Virus record (IMG/VR): IMGVR_UViG_3300049298_000007
Location: 1-48,833 of that record
Source of the DNA: a virus
Lineage: Duplodnaviria; Caudoviricetes
DNA: 48,833 nucleotides
Direction: 5' to 3' (one strand)
Under the pieces are notes generated by a model. It saw nothing but the letters and a program-made list of their open reading frames with translations. It ran no database searches and was not told where the DNA came from. Both the position numbers and the translations under genes were made by a program. Each line of letters opens with the position of its first letter. Position 1 is the stretch's first letter. This document shows, one piece after another, positions 24,907-34,888 of this stretch.

Positions 24907-25833
24907 CTAGGGCACAAGGTTGGTGTAGGTGATCCGCAGTTGCAGCGGTACCGACAGCTGGCCGTAGTACGTCACCGCGCCGGACGGCTGGTCCACGGTC
25001 AGGCCCCGGATCAGCCCGTCACGGAACGCCGTACCGATCCAGACGGGGGCCGCCCGCCACGTTCCGCCGCCCACCTTCGGCCACCGGCTGTTCCAGAACG
25101 GCTTGTACCGCTGGGAGAACGACGCCCCCAGGGTGTCTACGTTGTGCGCCCCCCAGTAGATGTTGATGCCGGAGTTGGCGTAGCTGTGCACGTTCGTGAC
25201 CTTCAGCTCCACTTTCAGGATCACGCCCGCCGTGGTCAGCGCGGCGCGGATGGCCGTGGCGTCGAACCCGAACATCAGCCGCCGTTCGCCGTGTACGGCG
25301 CTCCAGCGGCCGTAGTACAGCGCCGACTCAACTCCATGCTCAGGGCAATAACAGTTCGCGTCGTCGGCCGACCAGACGCTTACATGCGTGTATCTGCGGA
25401 TGACCGGCGGCTTCGGTACGGCGGTTGTCGGCGGCTTGTTCACCGGCGTGCCACCGTCGGAGCCGCCACCGGCCGCATCCGCGCTGTACGTCTTGATGGT
25501 GTCGTTCGCCAGCCGGACCCGCAGCGCGCCGGTGCCGCCCACCGTCCACATCCGCCAGCCGGTCGACACGGCCGGGTCACTGGCGAACGTCGGAAGCGGT
25601 GGGCGCTGGTCCACGGTCGGGATGTACTCGAACACGTCTCCGTCGGCGTTGCGTGCCCGCAGGCGGCCGTCGTTGAGCATCCAGATGTTCGTGTAGTCGC
25701 CCGGGTCGGGGTCGTCGTCCAGGATCGGGATGCGGGTACCGCGCCGCTCCAGCGCCTGGATTCGTTTGCCTAGGGCACTGATCATCGCCATGAACTTATC
25801 CACGGCCGACGTGGTCTGTTCCGGCTGCGTCAC
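24907..25833 (-). CDS. Minor tail protein
   Basis: RI.ALERR N-terminus; L.ITY C-terminus; position in operon. Confidence 0.75.
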   Translation of the reverse strand: MTQPEQTTSAVDKFMAMISALGKRIQALERRGTRIPILDDDPDPGDYTNIWMLNDGRLRARNADGDVFEYIPTVDQRPPLPTFASDPAVSTGWRMWTVGGTGALRVRLANDTIKTYSADAAGGGSDGGTPVNKPPTTAVPKPPVIRRYTHVSVWSADDANCYCPEHGVESALYYGRWSAVHGERRLMFGFDATAIRAALTTAGVILKVELKVTNVHSYANSGINIYWGAHNVDTLGASFSQRYKPFWNSRWPKVGGGTWRAAPVWIGTAFRDGLIRGLTVDQPSGAVTYYGQLSVPLQLRITYTNLVP

Positions 25834-27003
25834 TTACTCCACCTCCTCCGTGGGTTCGACCGCTTCCACATCCTCGCCGCCCAGGTTCACCTGTGCCTTG
25901 ACGCCCGTCACGTGCGACCCGCGCCCCTCCAGTGTCCGCGACAGAATCCGTGCCGTGTCCAGCTCGATATCCCGCCACCCATCCTTGATGATCAGGCGGC
26001 ACCGGTCACCCGGCCCCCACGACCCGATATCGGTAGCCGTCGGATCGATGCTAACGGCAACCACCCCCAGGTCACCGGACAACGCCTGAAGCCGCGCCAG
26101 GGAATGATCGAACGCCGACGTGGCTGACGTGATGCCCTCCGGCAGCTGGTACACCTCATCCCAGGCCAGCGCTTCACCGGACAGCAGCATGGGATCTTCA
26201 GCAATGGCCCAGGTCTCATCGGGCGGCGGGTCGGAGCTGACACCGAGCACACGCGACGGCGGCTGGTTCTGCTGCGGCCAGTCATAATCCACGATGTTGC
26301 CCCCGGCCCCTTGTTTCGTTTCGAGCAGCACCTCACGGCGCAACGCCAGCGCAACACCCGTGGTCGACTGCCGTTCGGGCCAGGCGATCGCGAGATGGGC
26401 GATCACGAAGCGCGGGTCCGCCGGGTCGGCCGTGATGTAGGTCCACCAGTCCGGCCCGTCGAACCGGCGCGAGATGTTGTCGAGCGCTTCACCGGTCGGC
26501 TTGAACATGCGGGCCGTCACGTCGCGCATCACGCCGGACGAAACGATGCCGTCGACAACGAGTCGTGGCGCGCCGATCGTGGCAAGCCCCAGGTTCGCGA
26601 TAGCGGCCATCGCCTCGTTCTGTTCGACCTGCCCGCCGGTGCCCCCGGCAACTCTCACGTACTCCACCCGCGTGCCGCCGACCGGCCGGATAGGGGCCGC
26701 GTAGAACCATGCGCGCCAGTCCCCGACCGGCACCTTGATCGTGTTCCCCTGCTTGGCCGGGTCGGCAAGGATCGGGCCGCCGAACAGCCACCGCCCCTGG
26801 TCGTCCTTCACCACAACCTGCGTGACGTGCGGCCGGGTGATATCGATCAGCTGGCTGACTGCCTCAGAATCGTTGGGAATGGCAACGGTCAGTTCACCTT
26901 TCGCCGCACCGGTCAGGGGATCTTCCCACGTCCAGGCAGTCGGCTTCAGCCTGCCGGAGATCCGCCCGGTAAGGCTGTTGGCAACATGAAAGGTGAGCTG
27001 CAT
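25834..27003 (-). CDS. Minor tail protein (baseplate hub-like)
   Basis: Size and position after Dit; FGGPI and PGD...L.I.D.W...ARI motifs. Confidence 0.75.
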   Translation of the reverse strand: MQLTFHVANSLTGRISGRLKPTAWTWEDPLTGAAKGELTVAIPNDSEAVSQLIDITRPHVTQVVVKDDQGRWLFGGPILADPAKQGNTIKVPVGDWRAWFYAAPIRPVGGTRVEYVRVAGGTGGQVEQNEAMAAIANLGLATIGAPRLVVDGIVSSGVMRDVTARMFKPTGEALDNISRRFDGPDWWTYITADPADPRFVIAHLAIAWPERQSTTGVALALRREVLLETKQGAGGNIVDYDWPQQNQPPSRVLGVSSDPPPDETWAIAEDPMLLSGEALAWDEVYQLPEGITSATSAFDHSLARLQALSGDLGVVAVSIDPTATDIGSWGPGDRCRLIIKDGWRDIELDTARILSRTLEGRGSHVTGVKAQVNLGGEDVEAVEPTEEVE

Positions 27004-28199
27004 CAGTCGAAGAACTCCGTCACCTCGACACGGCCCGCCGCGCCCGCGCCGCCGATACGGTCCACCGCAGCGTTGGCGTAGCAGCCCGACCCGCCGCCGC
27101 CGGGTGCCTTGCCCGCGCCACCGTTGCCGGTGGCAAACGGTGGCGGGTAGCGAGTCGTGCCGCCGCCGTTGGGCGACGCCCCGCCGTAGTTGGTGAAGGT
27201 CGGGATGTTCGAACGGATGATGCCGTTACCGCCCTCGCCGCCGGGGATAGCGAGGTCACCGCCCGCGCCGCCACTGCCGCCTGCACCACCGGCGATGCTG
27301 TTGTTCGTGGTCGTGTTGCTGCCGGTCGCCCCGCCGAGACCGCCTTTGGCTGTGACCGTGTCAAAGATCGTGTCGCCGCCGGTGCCGCCGGTGCCAGCAA
27401 CGCCGCCGGTGCCGCCGGTGCCGACCGTGACCGAAAACGTCTTGGCCAGCGCCGCCCACGCCGCGCCCGTGTACCACTTCTCCCGGTACTCGCCGCCGCC
27501 ACCGCCGCCGGACTCACCGCTACCGCCGCCGTCACCGTCGGCCGCGCCGCCACCACCACCCGCACCCCAGCAGCGGACCCGTGCACCGGTCGCCGCCGGG
27601 CGGGATGCCCGCGTGAAGTTGCCGGTGGCATTGATCAGGGTCAGCTTCGGGCCGGTGCCGCGCAGAACATCCGGATGATTGTCCGTGATGTTGCCTGGCG
27701 CAACCACCGTGTTGCCCGGAGCAATGACCACATCGGCCATCCGGAACCAGCCGCCGACCCCGATAGCGGTCTGGATCTGTGCGTCCGTGCGCGGCGTGAC
27801 CGATCCCGAGACGCCAGGAACGACGATGATCTGCGGGCCGCCTGTGGTGACTCCGGTGCCCAGGGCACCGTATTGCCGATCGACCCACGCGAACACGACC
27901 GCGTCACTGCGAGACGCCGCCGACGGTGCCCCGAACGTGACCACCGTGGTTGTGTCGTTGTACAGGAAGTAGGCGCGGGCGTCGCCGGTGATATCGGTGC
28001 CGCGCTGCTCCACGATCGCCGCACCTGCGGTGAAGTCGAGCGCGAGAGATCCGACGGTCGGCGTCATCACGAAGCCGCGAATGATGCCCTGTGTCTGGCC
28101 GAACATCTCCCAGATCAGCGCACGAATATCCTCGATATCGTTGCGCCAGACGGCCAGCACTTCATCTACGGCACCATATACACCCTTGATCGCGGTCAT
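27003..28199 (-). CDS. Minor tail protein with Gly-rich domain
   Basis: R.D.V and GAGGGGG...A.GG.GG...GAGAAGRV motifs. Confidence 0.78.
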   Translation of the reverse strand: MTAIKGVYGAVDEVLAVWRNDIEDIRALIWEMFGQTQGIIRGFVMTPTVGSLALDFTAGAAIVEQRGTDITGDARAYFLYNDTTTVVTFGAPSAASRSDAVVFAWVDRQYGALGTGVTTGGPQIIVVPGVSGSVTPRTDAQIQTAIGVGGWFRMADVVIAPGNTVVAPGNITDNHPDVLRGTGPKLTLINATGNFTRASRPAATGARVRCWGAGGGGGAADGDGGGSGESGGGGGGEYREKWYTGAAWAALAKTFSVTVGTGGTGGVAGTGGTGGDTIFDTVTAKGGLGGATGSNTTTNNSIAGGAGGSGGAGGDLAIPGGEGGNGIIRSNIPTFTNYGGASPNGGGTTRYPPPFATGNGGAGKAPGGGGSGCYANAAVDRIGGAGAAGRVEVTEFFD

Positions 28200-28211
28200 T
28201 GCTCCAGGCCC

Positions 28212-29132
28212 CTATCTGTACGCGGGTAGCGCCTCGGTGATATCGGCGAACCCCTCGGACTCCTCACCGGCCACCAGCCGGTAGGTGTTGAAGCCCGGCT
28301 CAAAGGTCAGCCAGTCACCGAACACGAGGTTATCGATGTTCGATCCTTCCATAGTGGCCGTCTGCGTGTAGTTGTCGAAGACAACGGACTGCCCCGCCAC
28401 CAGCTCCACATCGGCCCACAGCTCGTTACCGGTGCGCTCGTTGATCAGCTTCCAGTCCCCCTGCGTCAGCGGGCCGGTAGCAACGATCGTCAGGCGGCGG
28501 CTGACCGCGTCGCCGGTGGAGTTCAGCACGACCGCAGGCGGAAACGGGCCGCTGGCAACAACCTGCGTGAACACGAAGTACGCGTCGTCCGGCGTCGGCG
28601 CGGTGTCGAGCGTGAACGGCAGGTACGCGTCGTCCGGTGTCGGGGCCGCGTCGTAGGTGAACGACTGGTAGAACTCGTCACCGATGAACACGCCCATCGT
28701 GCCGCCCTCGCCGGTGATCCCGTACTTGAGCGGATCGAGCCCGACCAGGGGGAAGCTGAACCGCAGGTCATTGCCCCTGATCGTGATATCCGGCCGGTCG
28801 TACAGCCGCACGTACACGGCCCGGTCCACGCCGTCATAGTCCCCGACGATCACCGGCGAATCGGTTGTCGCGGGCAACGCGTCGAGCAGCTGCATCCGGT
28901 ACGTCAGCAGGTCCGCCTGACTCGACGCAAAGATCCGGCCGGTCAGGGTGTAATACGCCTCCGAGTCATCCCAGGGGCCGATGGCAACGGCTCCGGCCGC
29001 GCCACCGGCGGGCACCAGTTCGGCGCGTGGCTTGGCCACGGCCCGGAAGTTCTCAAAGCCCGTGGCCGTGAACCGGGTGTCGCCCGCGTTGAACACGAGC
29101 GCACCGACCGTGATGGGTGCGAGCTGCATCAT
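28212..29132 (-). CDS. Distal tail (Dit)-like protein
   Basis: First gene after TMP; DP.KYG, N.GD, GP, PG.N motifs. Confidence 0.75.
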   Translation of the reverse strand: MMQLAPITVGALVFNAGDTRFTATGFENFRAVAKPRAELVPAGGAAGAVAIGPWDDSEAYYTLTGRIFASSQADLLTYRMQLLDALPATTDSPVIVGDYDGVDRAVYVRLYDRPDITIRGNDLRFSFPLVGLDPLKYGITGEGGTMGVFIGDEFYQSFTYDAAPTPDDAYLPFTLDTAPTPDDAYFVFTQVVASGPFPPAVVLNSTGDAVSRRLTIVATGPLTQGDWKLINERTGNELWADVELVAGQSVVFDNYTQTATMEGSNIDNLVFGDWLTFEPGFNTYRLVAGEESEGFADITEALPAYR

Positions 29133-32100
29133 GACCCCCCGAGTGCTGCCAGGAACCGGTTAGCTGCCTCCTCGGCAGCCGCCCCGGTCGTGGCCGGAAA
29201 GTGATTGTGCACGACCGGCGAACCACCGATACTGCCATTCTCCAGCAGCTCCACCAGCTTCTCGAACGCCTCAGTCTGCCGGGGACTGAGCATGCGCTCC
29301 GGCGCGTTGATGCCCTTGGCAAACAACCCGGTCCCGTTCGCCCGGCCGCCCTCATCGTAGGTGGGGATGCCGGACTGCTTGATGAAGTCACCGACGTTGC
29401 CACCGGCAAACATTCCGAGCCCGGTACCGCCCCGCTTGAACGACGCGACCTGCCGCTTGGCTGCCGGGCTGGCCGTCGGGTCACCAATCGCGATCGAGTG
29501 AATATGGTGGTTCCACGGCCCTTGCGACGGCGTACGGTGCCAGGCCGCGAACCCAGCCTTGCGCAGGGCGGCCACGGCGACGTTCCAGCCGCGTGGCCCG
29601 TCGGTGTCCATAGCGCCGCCGCCCGCGTGGGTGGAGCCCGACGCCGCAACGCGTGTGGAGTACGAGCCCTGCGTGATGTGGAAGGTTGCTTTCAGCAACG
29701 ATTCCGCCATCCGCAGCATCCGGATCGTGCGGTCGTTCAGCGTGACCCCACGGAAGTTGCGGCGTGACCCAGGCGGCCCAGAGTCGCCGCCCATCGCGTA
29801 GGCGGCGTCCACCATCTTTTGCGCCGTGCTGTTGGCAATCGCGATCGCCGCTGGCCGGGCCACAGTCGCCGTGTGAGCGGCGACCTCACGCTGCCACACC
29901 GTCAGGCCCCGGGGCGACGGGAAGCGGCCCTGTGCCCCCACCACGGGGCCACCACGTGCCATCGCGCCGTCAGGCACGATCGTTGCCCGGCCCTCGTTCA
30001 GAGCCTGCATCTTGGCGTCACCCTCGCGCTCACCGACCGCCGCACGGAACACCCACTCTTTCTTGCTCAGGGCAAACAACCCGGCCGTGTCGCTGGTGGT
30101 CGTGCCCGGCCCGTTCACCTTGAACGTGCCCGCCCGGCCGCCGGTCGCGGCCCGGCCGAACGAGCCGATCACGTTGAGCGGAACGGTGCGCTTGATACCG
30201 CCGATAGTGCTGGTCACGTTGGCGATGTTCGGCGTGACGTTCACCGTCTGATCCTTCAGCCCGTCCAGCTTGGCGTTGACGGAGTCGCGGAACTTGGCGA
30301 ACTCAGTTGCCGCCGTCTTGAGCTTCGGGCCCAGTCCAGGCACCCAGCCGAACGCCTTTGCCGCCCCCTCGATCATCGTCTGCACCAGGCCCAGGAACTT
30401 GTCTACCACGAACTTGATCGCGTTCTTCGCGCCGGTCTTGATCGCTTCCCAGGCAGCCGAGATCAGCTCTCCGGCATGGGTGAACGGGTAGACGATGGCC
30501 TTGAAAATCGGCGGCACGTTGGTGGTGATCCAGCTGATAACACTCGTGATTTTGTCAACGATCGCCTTGAACGCGACCTCCGCCCCCTTGCGGACTACCT
30601 CCCAAACCTTGGTGACGATATCGCGGAACGTCTCGCTTTTCTTCCACAACGCGACGATGCCTAGGGCAAGCAACGCCGCCAGTCCGATCACAATGCCGAT
30701 CGGGTTGGCAGACAGGGCCGCGTTCAGCAGCCACTGTGCGCCGGTCCATACGGCGGTGGCCACGGCCACGGCCTTTTGCGCGATGCTCGACGCGATGGCC
30801 GCCGCCCGCTGCCGCAGCGTCATGGTCGCGTTGGTGCTCGTGGCAACAGTGTTCGCGGCAGTAGCACCTGTGCCGACGGCTGTTGCGGCCGTGGACGCCG
30901 CCCGGCTGGCGATCAGTTCCCGGTTGGACCTGACCAGCTGCCGGTTGACGACCACCTCGGCAATCTTGGTCGGGACGTTCACCGCCTGCGCCACGTTCGC
31001 CGCGAGCTGGGCCACCTTGTACGCAACGATTCCGGCCACCAGCAGCGGCATCAGCTGGGACAGCGTGTCGGTGTGGTCGGCAAGGAACCCGATCGCCGTG
31101 GCGCTGATCTTCAGCACGTCGGTCAGCGACGGCACCTTAGACAGGAGATCCTGCACGACCGGCGCGAGCTTCGAACCCGAGTCGGCCAGCGACGTAAGGG
31201 CCGGTGCCGCCTCGTTGGTGCCGTCGCGGAACGACGCGATCTTCGGGCCCAGGTCGGCGAAAAACTTGGTGATGGCGGGACCCGCGCCGGTCGCGATCGA
31301 TGAGAGGGTCTTGGCGACCTTCGGGCCATGCTTCTCCGCCAGGTCGATCAGCGGCGGCAGCAGCTTCTGGTTCAGGACCGTTGCCCCCTGCAACACGACC
31401 GGCAGGAGAGCGTTGCCGATAGCAACCTTCAGCTGGCTCACCTGAGCCGACGCGATGCGCTGCTGGTTCGCGAGCCCGGCCGACGTGCGGGCAAAGTCTC
31501 CCTGAGCCGCGCTGGTCTGGCGCATGATGACGGAGTTCGCGGCCAGCACCCGTTGCTGCTGTGTCAGCGGCGGCACGGTGCCCTCAGTCAGTTTCTTGAG
31601 CGTGTTCTGCGCGGACAGGAGCCCCGCCTGCGCGGACTGCGCCTCGGTGGAGTTCTTCCCGTGTTCCTTGACCGCCTTGTTGTAGTTGCGCTGGGCAACC
31701 TCGGCGCGGATCTGCGCCGCCTGGATCTTGTCAGTGTCTTTGCTGGCCTTGACCAGCCCGAGCCGCATCCCCTCCGCCTTAAGCGTGGCGTCGTCCAGCA
31801 GCACGCCATAGGCGCGGATCGGTTCGGCTTCGCCGCGCAGCGCGGCCCCAATCGCCTCGATGGCCTGCTCAGGTGTCGTGTTGTTGAACGAGGCAAGGTC
31901 TGACGCAAGCGTGGTCAGGTTCGTGGTGAACCCGACAAGCCCCTTGCCGGACAGCCCGGCGGTCTTGCCGAACAGGCCGAACGTCGCGTTCGCGTCCAGC
32001 GCCGCCTGCTTGGACTGGCCCAGCGCCGTCGGTGCCTTGTCCCCGAACTTCTCGATCTCGGCGGCCGACTTCCCAAATACCTGCTGTGTCTTGCTGACCG

Positions 32101-32344
32101 TCTCGTTCAGGTCGGACGCGGCGGTCACGGAGTCTTTGAGCTGCCGCCCGATCTGCAACGTCGCGAGCCCGGCGGCGGCAGCGGCCCCGAGCTTGCCCAG
32201 CCCGGACCCGAAGCCCTTGCTGAACTTGCCGCCCTCGTCCCGGCCGATCCGTTCAGTGTTGGCGTTGTTCAGGGCGCGGCGCATGTCGGCGGGCAGTTGG
32301 CGTTCGTCCGGCCGGATACCGACGAAGATTTCCGCGAGCTTCAC
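29129..32344 (-). CDS. Tape measure protein with C-terminal M15-like peptidase domain
   Basis: 1071 aa, Ala-rich; ASDL.E, ANPIG, SETFR motifs; STHAGGGAMD...HIH. Confidence 0.93.
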   Translation of the reverse strand: MKLAEIFVGIRPDERQLPADMRRALNNANTERIGRDEGGKFSKGFGSGLGKLGAAAAAGLATLQIGRQLKDSVTAASDLNETVSKTQQVFGKSAAEIEKFGDKAPTALGQSKQAALDANATFGLFGKTAGLSGKGLVGFTTNLTTLASDLASFNNTTPEQAIEAIGAALRGEAEPIRAYGVLLDDATLKAEGMRLGLVKASKDTDKIQAAQIRAEVAQRNYNKAVKEHGKNSTEAQSAQAGLLSAQNTLKKLTEGTVPPLTQQQRVLAANSVIMRQTSAAQGDFARTSAGLANQQRIASAQVSQLKVAIGNALLPVVLQGATVLNQKLLPPLIDLAEKHGPKVAKTLSSIATGAGPAITKFFADLGPKIASFRDGTNEAAPALTSLADSGSKLAPVVQDLLSKVPSLTDVLKISATAIGFLADHTDTLSQLMPLLVAGIVAYKVAQLAANVAQAVNVPTKIAEVVVNRQLVRSNRELIASRAASTAATAVGTGATAANTVATSTNATMTLRQRAAAIASSIAQKAVAVATAVWTGAQWLLNAALSANPIGIVIGLAALLALGIVALWKKSETFRDIVTKVWEVVRKGAEVAFKAIVDKITSVISWITTNVPPIFKAIVYPFTHAGELISAAWEAIKTGAKNAIKFVVDKFLGLVQTMIEGAAKAFGWVPGLGPKLKTAATEFAKFRDSVNAKLDGLKDQTVNVTPNIANVTSTIGGIKRTVPLNVIGSFGRAATGGRAGTFKVNGPGTTTSDTAGLFALSKKEWVFRAAVGEREGDAKMQALNEGRATIVPDGAMARGGPVVGAQGRFPSPRGLTVWQREVAAHTATVARPAAIAIANSTAQKMVDAAYAMGGDSGPPGSRRNFRGVTLNDRTIRMLRMAESLLKATFHITQGSYSTRVAASGSTHAGGGAMDTDGPRGWNVAVAALRKAGFAAWHRTPSQGPWNHHIHSIAIGDPTASPAAKRQVASFKRGGTGLGMFAGGNVGDFIKQSGIPTYDEGGRANGTGLFAKGINAPERMLSPRQTEAFEKLVELLENGSIGGSPVVHNHFPATTGAAAEEAANRFLAALGGS

Positions 32345-32373
32345 CGCGCACCTCCCTTACATCGTTGCCCTGA

Positions 32374-32757
32374 TCAACGGCCAGGCAAGCCCAGCAGCCC
32401 GCGCATCTCCTCTAGTTTGCTCTGGGCAACTTCCTTTCCGGACAGGTACGCGTCGAATCTCTCCTGGAGCGTGCCCCAGTCCTCCACCGCGCCGCCCTGG
32501 ATCGCCGTTGTGATACTTGCCGTGTGCCACTGCCGCTCTAGCAGGTCGAGCATCAGCACGTATGTCAGGTCGAGCAGGTCGCGCAGACTCAGTGACTTAC
32601 TCCGGCTTCGGCGGCCAGGAGGTAGAACTCCGCCAGGTCGGCGCGGCCCTCGTTCTCCAGCTCCGCGATGGTTCGGGTCAGCTTGGACGAGCCGTCCTGA
32701 GACTTCGTTGCGGTGGGCAATTGACCATTCGATGAGTCGTGAGACTCTTTGGTAGGG
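32374..32757 (-). CDS. Tail assembly chaperone, -1 frameshift extension (gpT part)
   Basis: -1 frame stays open from inside gpG to 32374. Confidence 0.65.
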   Translation of the reverse strand, partial: PYQRVSRLIEWSIAHRNEVSGRLVQADPNHRGAGERGPRRPGGVLPPGRRSRSKSLSLRDLLDLTYVLMLDLLERQWHTASITTAIQGGAVEDWGTLQERFDAYLSGKEVAQSKLEEMRGLLGLPGR

Positions 32758-33122
32758 TCCCCGGTGACCGCCTCGATGATGCGGGCGGCAACCTCCGCGA
32801 ACTGCAATGTCTGCAAGCCGTGCGCCTTGCCCAGCTTCCAGAAATCATCGAAGTCGTCAGGGTGGATCACGTCGCGAATGAACCGCTTCACGGCGATTGC
32901 CGCTTCCGGCGAGTCGTCCTCGTACTCCCCCGATTCCTCCATCAGATCGACCAGCGCCGTATCCGACAGCGTCGGATGCACACGGACCTCCACGCCGTAC
33001 CACGGGAACTTGGGTGTCTCCGGCCAGTGCCCCTCGGCGGGCACGTCCTCCACCTTGCCGTACTTGCCCAGGTCCAGCACCAGACCGTTGCTATCGGCAT
33101 CCTTCTTCGTTCGTACGTCCAT
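32589..33122 (-). CDS. Tail assembly chaperone (gpG)
   Basis: Between major tail gene and TMP; acidic. Confidence 0.75.
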   Translation of the reverse strand: MDVRTKKDADSNGLVLDLGKYGKVEDVPAEGHWPETPKFPWYGVEVRVHPTLSDTALVDLMEESGEYEDDSPEAAIAVKRFIRDVIHPDDFDDFWKLGKAHGLQTLQFAEVAARIIEAVTGDPTKESHDSSNGQLPTATKSQDGSSKLTRTIAELENEGRADLAEFYLLAAEAGVSH

Positions 33123-33125
33123 GTC

Positions 33126-33716
33126 TCACACTCCCAGCCGGGCGGTGCCCGCGCTGTAGATGGCCCACGACTTTGCGCCGGTCGGCCGTTCGAAGTTGAA
33201 CTCACAGGGGATGACACCCACGTCGGTGCCTTTCTTGAACGACGCCTCCAGGGCGGCGGCGTTGATGCACTGGCGGCCGATGATTCGCATGGTGTTGTCC
33301 AGCGACTCCCACCCGATCATGGACCGCACGATCTCGGAGGGGTCGGGCGGCTCGATCTTGGATACCAGCGTGGTGGTCGCGCCGGATACCGTGGTCGGCG
33401 CGCCGCCGTTGAGTGCCCGCTGCAAGGATTTGAGCGTGAAGTCCAGCAGGCCGAACCCGAGGTTTCCGGACTGCTCACCGTTGGCGTAGGCAACCGGGGT
33501 CAGGAACTCGGCCGCGTAGATGGCTTCCAGCGGGGACTCCCAGTTGAACGTGGAGCCGTCCTGCGTCGCACCCATGGGGATAAACGCGATCGGCCATGCG
33601 TCGTTGAACTTCGACGCGAGGGCGGTGTGGGTCGGTTCGGTGGTCCCGAAAGGTGCCCAGAACAAATATCCCGGGTCACGGATCAGGAGCGGTGTTGCGA
33701 CTGGCGACGGAGCCAT
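33126..33716 (-). CDS. Major tail protein
   Basis: GPG-like DPGYLFWAP.GT.EP and GAT.DG motifs; position. Confidence 0.85.
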   Translation of the reverse strand: MAPSPVATPLLIRDPGYLFWAPFGTTEPTHTALASKFNDAWPIAFIPMGATQDGSTFNWESPLEAIYAAEFLTPVAYANGEQSGNLGFGLLDFTLKSLQRALNGGAPTTVSGATTTLVSKIEPPDPSEIVRSMIGWESLDNTMRIIGRQCINAAALEASFKKGTDVGVIPCEFNFERPTGAKSWAIYSAGTARLGV

Positions 33717-33734
33717 GATGGAACCCTCCTCGGA

Positions 33735-34037
33735 TTACCTGTTGTACCGGTCCGCGACCGGACGCATGAACGGGCGCGGCGCAAGTTCGTCCGTGCCTAC
33801 CTCGAAAAAGTACATGTAGAACTCGGCTTTGCCCCAGGACACCCGGTAGTAGTCGCCCGACTCGTCAAGCTCGAAGTCGATGCTCTCGGCACCTTCTCCG
33901 GTGTCCTTCGGAGCCAGCCGCCGCATCTCGGCAACGATCTCGTCCAGCAGCCCGCCATCGTCCAGCATTTCCATGACGGCAGGGCTGCGGGCGAACCGCT
34001 TGCACGCGGCAACATCCACCACTACCCGGGCGGACAC
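33735..34037 (-). CDS. HK97 gp10-like neck protein
   Basis: APKDTG, F.EVGT, PRPFMRP. Confidence 0.82.
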   Translation of the reverse strand: MSARVVVDVAACKRFARSPAVMEMLDDGGLLDEIVAEMRRLAPKDTGEGAESIDFELDESGDYYRVSWGKAEFYMYFFEVGTDELAPRPFMRPVADRYNR

Positions 34038-34038
34038 G

Positions 34039-34431
34039 TCAGCTGTCCGCGTCCGCGCCGCTGCCGGTGTCGCTGGCAGCCGGACCGTACTTGTCGGCCA
34101 GCGCGTTGCGGGACAGCCCGCCGTCCGCGACCGGCCCCAGCTCCGCCTCCGTGGCACCCTGGCCCCTGGCGTAATCGGCCCACGCCGCCCGCTTGGCGTT
34201 CGCCGCCGGTGGTTCACTCGGAGCCTTGGCCGTGGCCTTGGACACGTCCTCCACCGCATCCTCGTCCAACAGCTCCGGGTACTTCTCCACATGCGAGATC
34301 GGCACCGGGAATCCCTTGCCAAAGGCAAGTACCCCGTCGATGTAGATCTCTTCTGTGGCGATGTACTTGCCGTACTCCGCCGCCCGCGCTTCGCGGACCG
34401 ACTGTGCCGAATCCTTGCCGATGTACACCAT
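34039..34431 (-). CDS. Hypothetical protein with small C-terminal helical domain
   Basis: NAKRAAWADYA motif shared with 40332-40823. Confidence 0.65.
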   Translation of the reverse strand: MVYIGKDSAQSVREARAAEYGKYIATEEIYIDGVLAFGKGFPVPISHVEKYPELLDEDAVEDVSKATAKAPSEPPAANAKRAAWADYARGQGATEAELGPVADGGLSRNALADKYGPAASDTGSGADADS

Positions 34432-34446
34432 GGTTGCCCTGGCCTC

Positions 34447-34884
34447 CTAAGCCGTGACCTGAAACTCGAAGTCAACGATAATGCGCGCCCGGCCGGAAGT
34501 GTCCGGTGATGGCAGTCTAGTGGGCGCGCTACAGTTGCGGATTTTCCCTGTCCAGTTGTTGCCTACATCATCGGTCCCGTTGTAGTCCCCGTCGCAATCC
34601 CGCGACACTGCCCGCAGCACGCTGGCGATCGGCTTGATGGCCGCCTCGGACGACGCGTCGCTGCCCGCGCCGAACAGGCTCGCTTGCACCCGGCAACTGT
34701 TCGCCTCCGGGCGCAGCTCGATCTCATCGATCACGTCAAGCACGATGACCGGCACGCCCGCAGGCCACTGGCTCGGGCGGCGTGTGCGGATGTTCGCCGC
34801 GAGCACCAGGGCCGTCAGCGCCGCCTGCGCCCTCAGCGCTACCTGCAACACGAGATCCGAACTCGGGATCGTTGGCAAGGGCAT
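34447..34884 (-). CDS. Tail terminator-like protein
   Basis: Position and size; P.RLP.PD motif. Confidence 0.65.
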   Translation of the reverse strand: MPLPTIPSSDLVLQVALRAQAALTALVLAANIRTRRPSQWPAGVPVIVLDVIDEIELRPEANSCRVQASLFGAGSDASSEAAIKPIASVLRAVSRDCDGDYNGTDDVGNNWTGKIRNCSAPTRLPSPDTSGRARIIVDFEFQVTA

Positions 34885-34888
34885 CGAT

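Noticed and set aside
27003-27570. Gly-rich stretch as PE-PGRS or collagen
   Set aside because: Ordinary Gly-rich domain of actinophage minor tail proteins; no Gly-X-Y periodicity
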